Positions 10,109-19,566 of a DNA stretch of 64,000 bases are shown in pieces. Source of the DNA: Gammaproteobacteria bacterium (GTDB lineage: Bacteria > Pseudomonadota > Gammaproteobacteria > SURF-13); assembly GCA_030680605.1 (NCBI GenBank), contig JAUXUQ010000010.1:148826-212825 (forward strand). The letters are read 5' to 3'. Each line of letters opens with the position of its first letter. Position 1 is the stretch's first letter. The notes under the pieces were generated by a model. The model saw nothing but the letters and a program-made list of their open reading frames with translations, was not told where the DNA came from and did no database searches. The translations under genes and the position numbers were made by a program.

Positions 10109-10810
10109 TTATGGCCGGCTGCCAAAAATTGCGCTACCCACACGCACCAGTGTAGACCCCTCAGCGATGGCGGCCTCGAAATCCCCCGACATGCCCATGG
10201 ACAGCGTATCCAGTGTCAGTCCACGCTGGCGCAGAGTTTCAAATGCCGTGCGCAGGGCACGAAACGGCAGGCGTTGCTGCTCAAATTCGTGGCAGGGTGC
10301 CGGTAGCGTCATCAGGCCGCGCAGGTGCAGGTGCGGCAAACCGGCAACGGCCACGGCGAGCTCTGGCAGATGCTCAAGGTCAATGCCGGATTTCCCGGGT
10401 TCCCGGCTGATGTTGACCTGCAGACAGATATTGAGGGGTGGACAGTGGGCGGGGCGTTGCGCGCTAAGCCGTTGTGCGATGGACAGGCGGTCGACGCTGT
10501 GTACCCAGGAGAAATGTTCTGCAACGCCATGAGACTTGTTGCTTTGCAGAGGGCCGACAAAATGCCATTCGATGGGTAAGCGTTGTAACCGTTCGTCGCT
10601 GATTTTTGGCAGGGCCTCCTGCAGATAGTTTTCGCCAAACCGACGCAGCCCACACGTATTGCAGGCAGTCTCAATGGTGGTGACTGCTACGGTCTTGCTG
10701 ACTGCGACCAAATCTACAGAGCCCGGTGCGCGGCCATAGCGCTGCTCAGCCCGGACGATCCGCTCCTGCACGGCGGCGATGCGGGCGGCAAGAGAGTATG
10801 TTGCAAGCAT
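10109..10810 (-). CDS. yggS: YggS family pyridoxal-phosphate homeostasis protein (alanine-racemase N-domain fold)
   Basis: 233 aa with the PLP-lysine context 'DLVAVSKTV' and the motif 'HFVGPLQSNK'. Diverges from pilT as in Pseudomonas. Confidence 0.85.
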   Translation of the reverse strand: MLATYSLAARIAAVQERIVRAEQRYGRAPGSVDLVAVSKTVAVTTIETACNTCGLRRFGENYLQEALPKISDERLQRLPIEWHFVGPLQSNKSHGVAEHFSWVHSVDRLSIAQRLSAQRPAHCPPLNICLQVNISREPGKSGIDLEHLPELAVAVAGLPHLHLRGLMTLPAPCHEFEQQRLPFRALRTAFETLRQRGLTLDTLSMGMSGDFEAAIAEGSTLVRVGSAIFGSRP

Positions 10811-10866
10811 GGGGCGTCCGTTGTACCTTAGTTACTTCCCGGGGACATCATACCAGCAGGACGTTT

Positions 10867-11904
10867 ATGGATATTGCAGAACTGCTCGCCTTCAGTGTAA
10901 AGAATAACGCCTCGGATCTGCATCTGTCTTCCGGATTACCGCCCATAATTCGTGTCGATGGCGACATCCGGCGCATCAATTTACCGCCGCTGGAGCACAA
11001 AGAGGTGCACGCTCTGATCTACGATATTATGAATGACAAGCAGCGCAAGGATTACGAGGAGTTCCTTGAGACTGACTTTTCGTTTGAAATCCCTGGCCTC
11101 GCGCGGTTTCGTGTCAATGCCTTCAACCATAACCGCGGCGCAGGCGGCGTGTTCCGAACCATTCCATCCAAAATAAAAACCCTGGACGAGCTGGATTGTC
11201 CGAAGATATTCAAGGAGATCATTGATCAGCCGCGTGGTGTGGTGCTGGTCACCGGCCCCACCGGCTCGGGTAAATCCACCACACTGGCAGCGATGATCGA
11301 CTATATCAACGACCGGGAGTTTGGGCATATTCTTACGGTAGAAGACCCCATCGAGTTTGTGCACGAAAGCAAAAAGAGCCTGATAAACCAGCGCGAGGTG
11401 CATCGCGATACGTTGGGTTTTAATGAGGCCTTGCGTTCGGCCTTGAGGGAGGATCCGGATATTGTGCTGGTGGGGGAGATGCGGGATCTGGAGACCATCC
11501 GTCTGGCTCTTACCGCTGCCGAGACCGGGCATCTGGTATTTGGCACGTTGCACACCAGCTCTGCTGCCAAGACCATCGACCGCATAATCGATGTGTTTCC
11601 AGCGGCCGAGAAAGACATGGTGCGTGCCATGCTGTCGGAGAGTCTGCGTGCAGTTATTTCACAGGCATTGTTGAAGAAGAAGGGCGGTGGCCGTATTGCA
11701 GCACACGAAATAATGATCGGCACAGCAGCGATCCGCAATCTGATTCGCGAAAACAAGGTGCCGCAAATGTACTCCGCCATCCAGACCGGGCAGGCCGTAG
11801 GCATGCAGACCCTCGACCAGTGCATGCAGGGCATGGTGGCAAAAGGCCTGGTGGAGAAAGCGGAGGCGCGCAGCTACGCCATGAACAAGGATACCTTCAG
11901 GTAG
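10867..11904 (+). CDS. pilT: Type IV pilus twitching-motility retraction ATPase PilT
   Basis: Begins 'MDIAELLAFSVKNNASDLHLS'. Walker A 'GPTGSGKST'. The Asp-box and His-box are typical of PilT. Confidence 0.92.
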   Translation: MDIAELLAFSVKNNASDLHLSSGLPPIIRVDGDIRRINLPPLEHKEVHALIYDIMNDKQRKDYEEFLETDFSFEIPGLARFRVNAFNHNRGAGGVFRTIPSKIKTLDELDCPKIFKEIIDQPRGVVLVTGPTGSGKSTTLAAMIDYINDREFGHILTVEDPIEFVHESKKSLINQREVHRDTLGFNEALRSALREDPDIVLVGEMRDLETIRLALTAAETGHLVFGTLHTSSAAKTIDRIIDVFPAAEKDMVRAMLSESLRAVISQALLKKKGGGRIAAHEIMIGTAAIRNLIRENKVPQMYSAIQTGQAVGMQTLDQCMQGMVAKGLVEKAEARSYAMNKDTFR

Positions 11905-11914
11905 GCACTGCACG

Positions 11915-13042
11915 ATGGACTTTAATGAACTGCTGAGAATGGTGGTGCAGAAAAACGCATCGGATCTGTTTATTACTGTGGGCATGCCTCCCAGCATGAA
12001 GGTGCATGGCGCCATCGCACCGGTATCACAGGATGCACTCAGCGCCGAGCAGGCGCGCGCCCTGGCCCTGGGCTTGATGGATGCCAGGCAGCGCGAGGAG
12101 TTTGAGCGTACCCACGAGTGCAATTTTGCCATCAATCCCGAGGGCATCGGGCGCTTCCGTGTGAACGTATTCATACAGCAGCAGCGTACAGGCATGGTGC
12201 TGCGCAAGATTGAAACTGTGATTCCGGATTTCGAGCAACTGAATCTGCCACCCCTGCTGCAGGATATCGCCATGACCAAGCGGGGCTTGGTGCTTTTTGT
12301 CGGTGCTACCGGTTCTGGCAAGTCTACTTCGTTGGCCGCGATGGTGGGTTACCGCAATGAGAACAGCACAGGCCACATTATTACCATCGAGGATCCGATT
12401 GAATTCGTCCATCAGCATCGCCGCTGCATCGTGACGCAGCGCGAGGTAGGCGTGGATACCGAGAGTTTTGAGGCCGCGCTCAAGAACACCCTGCGCCAGG
12501 CGCCGGATGTGATACTGGTGGGCGAGATACGCGCGCGCGAAACCATGGACTATGCCATCGCCTTTGCCGAGACCGGCCACCTGTGCCTGTCCACCCTGCA
12601 CGCCAACAATGCCAATCAGGCCATGGATCGCATCATCAATTTCTTCCCGGAGGAGCGGCGCGCCCAGTTGCTGATGGATCTGTCTCTCAATCTCAAGGCC
12701 GTGATTTCCCAGCGTCTGATCCCGACCATAGACGGCAAGAGCCGGCGTGCGGTGGTGGAAATACTTTTAAATACACCACTCGCCGCTGACTTTATCCTCA
12801 AGGGTGAAGTACATGAGCTGAAGGCGCTGATGGCACGTTCCAACGAGCTGGGGATGAAGACCTTTGATCAGGCGTTATATGAACTCTACTCGGCGGGTGA
12901 GATCAGTTACGATGAGGCCATTCGTAACTCTGACTCACCCAATGAGCTGCGGCTGATGGTCAAACTCAACGAGAAGGACGGTGTCAAGAAGCTGGGCGAT
13001 GCGACAGAGGGACTGTCACTGGTGGATGCGGACAAACACTGA
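11915..13042 (+). CDS. pilU: Type IV pilus retraction ATPase paralogue PilU
   Basis: Begins 'MDFNELLRMVVQKNASDLFIT'. Walker A 'GATGSGKST'. Lies immediately after pilT. Confidence 0.9.
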   Translation: MDFNELLRMVVQKNASDLFITVGMPPSMKVHGAIAPVSQDALSAEQARALALGLMDARQREEFERTHECNFAINPEGIGRFRVNVFIQQQRTGMVLRKIETVIPDFEQLNLPPLLQDIAMTKRGLVLFVGATGSGKSTSLAAMVGYRNENSTGHIITIEDPIEFVHQHRRCIVTQREVGVDTESFEAALKNTLRQAPDVILVGEIRARETMDYAIAFAETGHLCLSTLHANNANQAMDRIINFFPEERRAQLLMDLSLNLKAVISQRLIPTIDGKSRRAVVEILLNTPLAADFILKGEVHELKALMARSNELGMKTFDQALYELYSAGEISYDEAIRNSDSPNELRLMVKLNEKDGVKKLGDATEGLSLVDADKH

Positions 13043-13048
13043 TCGGGT

Positions 13049-13930
13049 TCAGGTGAACTCCATGATCGCCGCTGCATCAAACACCGGCCCATCGACGCAG
13101 ACACGTTTCATTGCTGCCCCCTGTGCGGTCTGAAGTTTGACCACACACCCTGCGCAGCCGCCTACGGCGCAGGCCATGAACTCCTCCAGTGATACCTGAC
13201 ACGGCAGCCCATAATCGCGTGCCAGCTGCGCGCAGGCCTTGAGCATGGGTTGCGGCCCGCAGGCAAACAGCTCTACTTCGGCACGCTGTGCGGTGCTCAA
13301 GGCATTGAGCCAGTGGCGCGCCAGTTCGGTAACATAGCCCTCGAAGCAGCCGGGATAAGCTTGCAGACTGGCGAGCCGACTGGCAATACCCCAGTCCTCC
13401 ATCAAAGGCATGGCGGCGATCACACCCTCAGGCATGCCTGGCACGATGATTTTTGACGGACGGCTGGTGAAGGGAAAGGGTATCTCAGAGCCCATGATGA
13501 CAAACGGCTGATATAGTTTCTGCGCGCGCAAGTGCTCGGCCAGAAATACCATGGGCGGAATGCCGACACCACCGCCGATCAGCAGCGCACGGGGCTTGTT
13601 CGCATGCGCCGTAAAGGGGACACCGATAGGCCCCAGGAGACTGAGCCGTTCGCCCATCTTGCGTTGTGCCAGCAGGCGTGTGCCCAGCCCGGTGATTTTG
13701 TAGAGCAGTTCTACCCAGCCACCCTTCGCGTCCACACGCATGAGCGAGAGCGGGCGGCGCATGGGCAGTTGTGGGTCACAGGTCAGGTGCACAAAGTTAC
13801 CCGGCAGCGCACGGGCCGCGGTGTCGGGTGCATGCAGACGCAGGATGTATTGGTTGCCGGCGCGGGCCTGGTGCGAGAGCACCTCGGCGTCTTCGACGAA
13901 GAGGGTGGCGCGATGGGGTTGGGCGGTCAT
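13049..13930 (-). CDS. PyrK-like FAD/NAD(P)-binding oxidoreductase with a C-terminal 2Fe-2S cluster (dihydroorotate dehydrogenase electron-transfer-subunit family)
   Basis: FAD motif 'RRPLSL', NAD motif 'LLIGGGVGIPP', and C-terminal Cys cluster 'CGPQPM...CAVGGCAGC'. Confidence 0.7.
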   Translation of the reverse strand: MTAQPHRATLFVEDAEVLSHQARAGNQYILRLHAPDTAARALPGNFVHLTCDPQLPMRRPLSLMRVDAKGGWVELLYKITGLGTRLLAQRKMGERLSLLGPIGVPFTAHANKPRALLIGGGVGIPPMVFLAEHLRAQKLYQPFVIMGSEIPFPFTSRPSKIIVPGMPEGVIAAMPLMEDWGIASRLASLQAYPGCFEGYVTELARHWLNALSTAQRAEVELFACGPQPMLKACAQLARDYGLPCQVSLEEFMACAVGGCAGCVVKLQTAQGAAMKRVCVDGPVFDAAAIMEFT

Positions 13931-15207
13931 GGCGACAGTTGGTGTACCAGTTTTCCGCCTAATAGCGTATGCGTCACACGGCCCTTGAGCTCCCAGTTGA
14001 GGAACGGTGTGTTGTGACCGCGGCTGACGAGCGTGCGCTCAGTGAGCGTCCAGTAGTGTTCCGGGTCGAAGATGCAGATATCCGCAATCCTTCCGGGCTC
14101 CAGTGTGCCTGCCTCAATACGCAGTATTTGTGCAGGCTTGCTGGTGACGAATGCAAGCGCCTCCGGCAGGGACAGCAGGTTTTCATCGGCCAGACGCAGG
14201 GTCAGCGGCAGCAGGGTTTCGAGTGCGGATATGCCGGGCTCGGTTTCGGTAAAAGGTGCCAGTTTGGCGTCGGGTTCATGCGGCTGATGATCCGAGCAGA
14301 TCGCACCCAGGGTGCCGTCGGCGAGGCCGTTACGCAGGCCATCGCGGTCACGCAGGGTGCGTAGCGGTGGCAGTACATGACAGTGGCTGTTGAACAGGCC
14401 AATGTCCATTTCGGTGAGGTAAAGCGGGTGGGCGCATACGTCGGCGGTGACTGACAGGCCCTCGTGCTGCGCGCGGGCCACCATGCGCACTGAGCGGGCG
14501 CTGGAGAGGCGGCAAAAGTGGGCACGTACCCCGGTTTGCTCAATCAACGCCAGATCGCGTGCCAGCGCAGCGGTCTCGGCAGATTCCGGAACCCCCGGCA
14601 GCCCGAGACGGGTGGCGACGGCGCCTTCATGTGCGCAGCCGTGATTGGCAAGTGCGCTGTCCTCGGGGTGCAGAAATACCGTGATGTCGTGGGTTGCGGC
14701 GTACTCCATGATACGCCGCATCACCAGTGAGTTATTAATGGGCAGGCGGGTGTTGGTGAGGCTGGTGCAACCCACTGCCTTCAAGGCGGCCATTTCGGTG
14801 AGCTCAGCACCGGCCAGTGCCTTGGTCAACGCCCCCAGGGGAATGACGCGTGCGAATCCGGCCTGTTCGGCGCGGTGACGGATCAGCTCTACCACCGCAG
14901 GCGTGTCGATGACCGGATCGGTATCCGGCGGGCAGCACAGGGTGGTGATGCCCGCTGCAGCAGCTGCACGGGTCTCACTCGCGATAGTGGCCTTGTGCTC
15001 GGCGCCAGGCTCGCGCAGATGGGCGGAAAGATCCACCAGGCCGGGGCATACGATGTGCTTGCGCACATCGATCGTATGGTCGGGGCGAAAGCCCTCGGGA
15101 GGCTTGCCCAGCGCTGCAATGCGACCGTCGGCGACATACACATCCTGCAACTTGTCGATGCCGTGTGCGGGATCGATGACACGGCCGCCCTTGATCAGGA
15201 TGCGCAT
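13927..15207 (-). CDS. pyrC': Dihydroorotase-like non-catalytic protein (PyrC', structural partner of aspartate transcarbamoylase)
   Basis: Amidohydrolase fold, but the N-terminal metal-binding HxH is degenerate ('DLSAHLREPG' in place of 'DxHVH'). Placed immediately downstream of pyrB as in Pseudomonas. Confidence 0.75.
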   Translation of the reverse strand: MRILIKGGRVIDPAHGIDKLQDVYVADGRIAALGKPPEGFRPDHTIDVRKHIVCPGLVDLSAHLREPGAEHKATIASETRAAAAAGITTLCCPPDTDPVIDTPAVVELIRHRAEQAGFARVIPLGALTKALAGAELTEMAALKAVGCTSLTNTRLPINNSLVMRRIMEYAATHDITVFLHPEDSALANHGCAHEGAVATRLGLPGVPESAETAALARDLALIEQTGVRAHFCRLSSARSVRMVARAQHEGLSVTADVCAHPLYLTEMDIGLFNSHCHVLPPLRTLRDRDGLRNGLADGTLGAICSDHQPHEPDAKLAPFTETEPGISALETLLPLTLRLADENLLSLPEALAFVTSKPAQILRIEAGTLEPGRIADICIFDPEHYWTLTERTLVSRGHNTPFLNWELKGRVTHTLLGGKLVHQLSP

Positions 15208-16169
15208 TATTCGTCCTTTCCGCTGCGCATGGCGAGCGTCATGATGGCCATGCGCACCGCGATGCCGTGCGTAACCTGCTGCAGTATCACCGAGCGACTG
15301 CCGTCTGCTACCAGTGAGTCGATTTCCACACCGCGATTGATCGGTCCCGGATGCATGACGATGGCGTCGGCTTTGGCGTATTGCAGTTTTTCCGCTGTCA
15401 GACCATAGAGATGGAAGTATTCACGCTCACTCGGCAACAGGGCCCCCTGCATGCGCTCATGTTGCAGACGCAGCGTCATCACCACATCGACGTTGCGTAA
15501 TCCTTCGCGCAGCTCGTGAAACACATGCACGCCAAGTGTTTCCACGTGTGCCGGGAGCAGTGTCTTGGGTGCAATCACACGCACCTCGGCCACACCCAGG
15601 GTAGTCAGGGCATGGATTTGCGCCCGTGCCACGCGTGAATGCAGGATATCGCCCACGATGGCAACACTCAGTTGCCCGAAATCCGGCTTGTGACGGCGCA
15701 GGGTAAACATGTCGAGCATCGCCTGAGTAGGGTGTGCATGCCGTCCATCACCGGCATTGATCACGCTGACGTGAGGCGCAGCATGGCGGGCGATGAAGTG
15801 TGCTGCGCCGCTTTCGGGATGGCGCACGATGAACATGTCGCAATGCATGGCCTCCAGGTTGCGTAGCGTATCAAGCAGCGTTTCGCCCTTGGCGGCGGCG
15901 GAGGTGGCTACGTTGATGTTGAGGACATCGGCAGAGAGACGCTTGGCGGCAAGTTCGAATGTCGTGCGGGTGCGGGTACTGGCTTCAAAAAACAGGTTGA
16001 CGATGGTTTTGCCACGCAGCAAGGGAACCTTTTTCACCGTTTGTTCGCCCACGGTGGCAAAGGATTCAGCTGTATCCAGAATTTCCGTGAGCAAGTTGCG
16101 GCTCAGGCCTTCCAGTGTGAGGAAGTGGCGCAGGCGACCGTCGCTGTCGATTTGCATGTTGCTGCTCAT
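15207..16169 (-). CDS. pyrB: Aspartate carbamoyltransferase catalytic subunit
   Basis: Carbamoyl-phosphate binding 'STRTR' ('[11 protein letters not shown]') and the aspartate-binding 'HPGP' region ('[13 protein letters not shown]'). Confidence 0.92.
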   Translation of the reverse strand: MSSNMQIDSDGRLRHFLTLEGLSRNLLTEILDTAESFATVGEQTVKKVPLLRGKTIVNLFFEASTRTRTTFELAAKRLSADVLNINVATSAAAKGETLLDTLRNLEAMHCDMFIVRHPESGAAHFIARHAAPHVSVINAGDGRHAHPTQAMLDMFTLRRHKPDFGQLSVAIVGDILHSRVARAQIHALTTLGVAEVRVIAPKTLLPAHVETLGVHVFHELREGLRNVDVVMTLRLQHERMQGALLPSEREYFHLYGLTAEKLQYAKADAIVMHPGPINRGVEIDSLVADGSRSVILQQVTHGIAVRMAIMTLAMRSGKDE

Positions 16170-16675
16170 GGGGTGCTGCGTTGCAGCGTGAGGCGAAGAT
16201 CACCCGGATCGCCCAGCTTCACGTATTCGTTGTCGGCCAATGCCATGTGACAGCCCACTATCTGTGCCTCTATCGGCAGTTCGCGTCCTGGACGCTCGAC
16301 CAGCACCGCAAGCGTCACGCTGGCTGGTCGGCCATAATCAAAAATTTCGTTGAGCGCGGCACGTATTGTACGCCCGGTATGCAGCACATCATCCACCAGT
16401 ATGATGTGGCGCTCATCGACGCTGAATGGCAGACAGGAAGGCTTGACCTGCGGATGCATGCCGATGCGGGTAAAATCGTCGCGATAGAATGAGATATTCA
16501 GTGTGCCCAGGGGCTGGGTCATATTCAGCAGTGTATGCAGGCGTTCCGCTATCCAGGCGCCGCCAGTATGAATCCCGATCATCACAGGTTCTGTCTTGCG
16601 TTCTGCGCTGATCAATTGGCGCAAGGCCTCGGCCATGTCGGCGAGCAGTGCGTGGGTGTCTGGTATTGTGGTCAT
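16166..16675 (-). CDS. pyrR: Bifunctional pyrimidine operon regulator / uracil phosphoribosyltransferase PyrR
   Basis: 169 aa with PRPP-binding motif '[12 protein letters not shown]'. Confidence 0.88.
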   Translation of the reverse strand: MTTIPDTHALLADMAEALRQLISAERKTEPVMIGIHTGGAWIAERLHTLLNMTQPLGTLNISFYRDDFTRIGMHPQVKPSCLPFSVDERHIILVDDVLHTGRTIRAALNEIFDYGRPASVTLAVLVERPGRELPIEAQIVGCHMALADNEYVKLGDPGDLRLTLQRSTP

Positions 16676-17100
16676 GGCGCAGGGCCGGGTGAGGGATGAT
16701 TGAGCCAGGTTTGCAGAATGATCTGTGCTGCGAGCATGTCGATTGCGCCGTGCGCCCTGCGGCCTGTGGGCTTTCCTGCCAGCTGCGCTGCGGCATGCGA
16801 TGACAGGTGCTCATCTATCGTGTGTACCGGCAGACGATAGCGCTCATGCAGTTGCTGGCCAAAGCGCTGCGCTGCGCGGGAGACCGCATTTTCGCTGCCG
16901 TCACGGCTGAGGGGCAGGCCGACGACAAAGGCCTCCGGCCGCCATTCGTCCACGAGGCGCGAGATCGCTGTCCAGTCAGGTTTGTTGTGGCGCAGCGAGA
17001 GTGTTTCCAGTGCGGTGGCAGTGTGGGTGATTTGCTGGCCAACGGCGACGCCGATATGTTTGGTACCGTAATCAAAGCCCAACAAGGTACGTGGCGTCAT
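16672..17100 (-). CDS. ruvX: Holliday-junction resolvase-like protein RuvX/YqgF
   Basis: 142 aa starting 'LLGFDYGTKHIGVAVG', the YqgF RNase H-like motif. Confidence 0.88.
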   Translation of the reverse strand: MTPRTLLGFDYGTKHIGVAVGQQITHTATALETLSLRHNKPDWTAISRLVDEWRPEAFVVGLPLSRDGSENAVSRAAQRFGQQLHERYRLPVHTIDEHLSSHAAAQLAGKPTGRRAHGAIDMLAAQIILQTWLNHPSPGPAP

Positions 17101-17690
17101 GCGTGACCCACTTCACCGGAGAGACGGCTGATATCCACGCCCAGCAATGCTGCCGCCCCCGCCCAGCGCTGTTCGGCTGGGGTGTTGAACAGGATGTCGA
17201 TAGCGGCCTCGCCACTCAGCCAGGCATTGTCAGCGATTTCCTGCTCCAGCTGCCCGGCAGACCAGCCGGCATAACCTAACGCTACCAAGGCCTGGCCCTG
17301 GAATTCATCCGTCGCCAGCGCGCTGAGGATATCCGGCGAGGTGGTGACGCCAACAGAGTCCGTCACGGCCAGCGTGGATTCCCAGCGCTGGAGTGGTTGA
17401 TGGATGACAAACAATGCGTCACGCCGCACCGGCCCGCCAAGATAGACGGGGTGCTGTTTCGCATCCTGGGTAGGGGTTGCAATGGTGGTATGTTGCAGCA
17501 CCTCACCCAGCGTAACGACCAAGGGCTGGTTGACGACGATACCCATGGCACCCTCTGCGCTGTGTTCGCAGAGGTAGACGACACTGTGGAAAAAGTAGGG
17601 GTCCGCCAGCATTGGCATGGCGATGAGGAAATGGTTTTTCAGGTAACCGGGTTCCATGTCTCGATGGGCGCCCTCATAAGACTTGCGCAT
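17097..17690 (-). CDS. YqgE/AlgH family protein
   Basis: 197 aa with the conserved 'GAMGIVVNQP' and 'LGGPV' motifs. Adjacent to ruvX as in many gammaproteobacteria. Confidence 0.8.
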   Translation of the reverse strand: MRKSYEGAHRDMEPGYLKNHFLIAMPMLADPYFFHSVVYLCEHSAEGAMGIVVNQPLVVTLGEVLQHTTIATPTQDAKQHPVYLGGPVRRDALFVIHQPLQRWESTLAVTDSVGVTTSPDILSALATDEFQGQALVALGYAGWSAGQLEQEIADNAWLSGEAAIDILFNTPAEQRWAGAAALLGVDISRLSGEVGHA

Positions 17691-17728
17691 TGTAGCATGG
17701 CGCGCCTGCAGAGGACACAGGCGGAGGC

Positions 17729-18616
17729 TTAGCCGCCGCCCGACAAGCGGTTGCCGCGCAGGAATTGCCAGGTGCGCGTGATATGCAGCACATCTGTTTC
17801 CTTGCGGATATTGTCCGGGAATTCGGCGAAAGGGGCGGCCAGGCGCACGATGGCGATGGCCGCGTCATCCAGCACCCTGTGCCCGGAGGAACGCCGCAAA
17901 GTGATGTTGTTGATGCTGCCGTCGGTATTGAGGGCCACATCAAGTATCAGGCTGCCGGAGAGGTTCCGCCGGCGTGCCTCGTCGGGATAATTCAGATTGC
18001 CTATGGTCTCCACTTTGCGCCGCCAGGCCTCCATGTAACTGGCATATTTGTACTCCCGTGTGGCAGCAGAGATGAATGTCTGGCGTGGCCGTTTGGCATA
18101 GATGGCGCGTGACTCGTCGAGCGCGGCAGAGAGGCTGTCGATTTGCATGCTGCGCGCGACAAGTTCGGCAGCAGATGGTGTTTCGGCAGGCGCTACAGAG
18201 GCCGCTTCATCCGGTATGGCCTCACGGGGTGTCGGCGTCTTTGCTGTGAGCCTGTTTTTCGGCGTGGGCTGGACGGGTGTGATTTCAGGCTGCGGTTGTG
18301 CCGCCGCAGCAGGTTCCTGCGGCGCGGGTTGGGCGGCGGGTGGCGGTGTCAGCGGTGTGGGTGTATCGACGTTACCGCCACCTTGTTGCTGTGCCTGGGC
18401 CAGAAAATCGGCGTGTGCGGGGGCGTCCGGTGTGCGCTGGTCGACCAGCGTGATCTCCATGCTGGGGAAAGGATTTTTGAGCGGTAGCGTGATGAGATCA
18501 AAGCGCACACCGAGGATAAGCAGTGCGTGCACAACCACTGCGAAAAACAACGTGAGCCCCAGCCTGTCATAGGCGGTGACAGGCGCTGGCAGGGGCAGTG
18601 TGGCAGTGACAGACAT
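17729..18616 (-). CDS. tonB: Energy transducer TonB (TonB3-like by position)
   Basis: N-terminal TM anchor, a Pro-rich spacer 'PTPLTPPPAAQPAPQEPAAAAQPQP', and a C-terminal TonB domain. It sits where tonB3 (PA0406) lies in P. aeruginosa. Confidence 0.8.
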   Translation of the reverse strand: MSVTATLPLPAPVTAYDRLGLTLFFAVVVHALLILGVRFDLITLPLKNPFPSMEITLVDQRTPDAPAHADFLAQAQQQGGGNVDTPTPLTPPPAAQPAPQEPAAAAQPQPEITPVQPTPKNRLTAKTPTPREAIPDEAASVAPAETPSAAELVARSMQIDSLSAALDESRAIYAKRPRQTFISAATREYKYASYMEAWRRKVETIGNLNYPDEARRRNLSGSLILDVALNTDGSINNITLRRSSGHRVLDDAAIAIVRLAAPFAEFPDNIRKETDVLHITRTWQFLRGNRLSGGG

Positions 18617-18620
18617 GGCT

Positions 18621-19136
18621 TCAAGTTACCCTGTCGAGCAGGGCTTGTGCAACCCTGCCACTGACCAGCCCGAACAGCAGGGCGGCAGTCATCAATACGG
18701 GCAGCAGGTGTAGCAGTGCCGGGTGGGGGATGAACAGTGCATAGGCGACAAAAAACTGGCCGGCCATGTGCGCAAGTGCGGCCAGCATGCTGTAGCCGAG
18801 GGCACCGAGACCCGTGCCCGGCAGGCGGGTTGACAGGGCATGGGCCACACCCAGCGCCAGTATGCCGCAGACCGCTCCGGACAGGCTCAAGATAAAGGTG
18901 GGAGAGAGGAAGGTGCCGAGCAGCAGGCTGCCGACCAGTACCCGCAACAGCGTAATCCAGGCCGCCATACGCCAGCCATAGCGCAGCAGTACCGCAATTG
19001 TGACCACATTGGCCAGCCCGGGTTTAATGCCGGGCAGGGGCGAAGGCAGTGCGCTTTCCGCGATGTGAATGCAGATGGCCAGCGCCGTGAGCCAGGCAAT
19101 CAGATGGTCTTCGCGGGTGGTGGTGAAGGCAGTCAT
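18621..19136 (-). CDS. Gx transporter family membrane protein (heptaprenyl-diphosphate-synthase component-I-like, PF07456)
   Basis: 171-aa polytopic membrane protein. It has a Gly-rich TM 'SGAVCGILALGVAHA', and 'LANVVTIAVLLRYGW' is characteristic of this family. Confidence 0.6.
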   Translation of the reverse strand: MTAFTTTREDHLIAWLTALAICIHIAESALPSPLPGIKPGLANVVTIAVLLRYGWRMAAWITLLRVLVGSLLLGTFLSPTFILSLSGAVCGILALGVAHALSTRLPGTGLGALGYSMLAALAHMAGQFFVAYALFIPHPALLHLLPVLMTAALLFGLVSGRVAQALLDRVT

Positions 19137-19197
19137 ATTTTATCGGCGCGTGGCAAGGTACAGCAAAAGGCCGGTGAGCATGATCCCGGGTATTGCA

Positions 19198-19566
19198 TCA
19201 GAAATTAATGGCGTCGAAGCGTGGTTCACGCCCAATCACCTGCACGGTGATACGGTTGGGCAGACAGGCCGCGACTTCACCGCCCAGTGCCAGCCAGCCG
19301 GTATGGATGCACTGCTTGCCCTGACATGGAGCGTCGACGAAACGAATCTTGCCGGCGCGGATTTCGAGTTCACTGATCCCCAGCGTGCCGGGGATATGCA
19401 GCCGCTGGTCTTTATACAGCGACACCACGCTGAACTCGCTGCCGCCGACCAGAATACGTGCCTGTTCGCCTTGCGTGGCGTCACCCCAGAAGCGGAGGTA
19501 CAGGAATGCCAGCAAGGCCAGCGCTGCAATCAGGATCACGCTATCGGCCCGGTTCAGTGCAAGCAT
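19198..19566 (-). CDS. NusG domain II-containing protein (DUF1312)
   Basis: 122 aa with an N-terminal signal anchor followed by a small beta domain containing conserved Cys ('DAPCQGKQCIHTGW'). A stereotyped partner of Gx-transporter and ApbE genes. Confidence 0.55.
   Translation of the reverse strand: MLALNRADSVILIAALALLAFLYLRFWGDATQGEQARILVGGSEFSVVSLYKDQRLHIPGTLGISELEIRAGKIRFVDAPCQGKQCIHTGWLALGGEVAACLPNRITVQVIGREPRFDAINF

Noticed and set aside
9462-10532. 356-aa plus-strand ORF antisense to proC/yggS
   Set aside because: Antisense to two conserved genes. Arg/Ala/Cys-rich GC-frame artefact.
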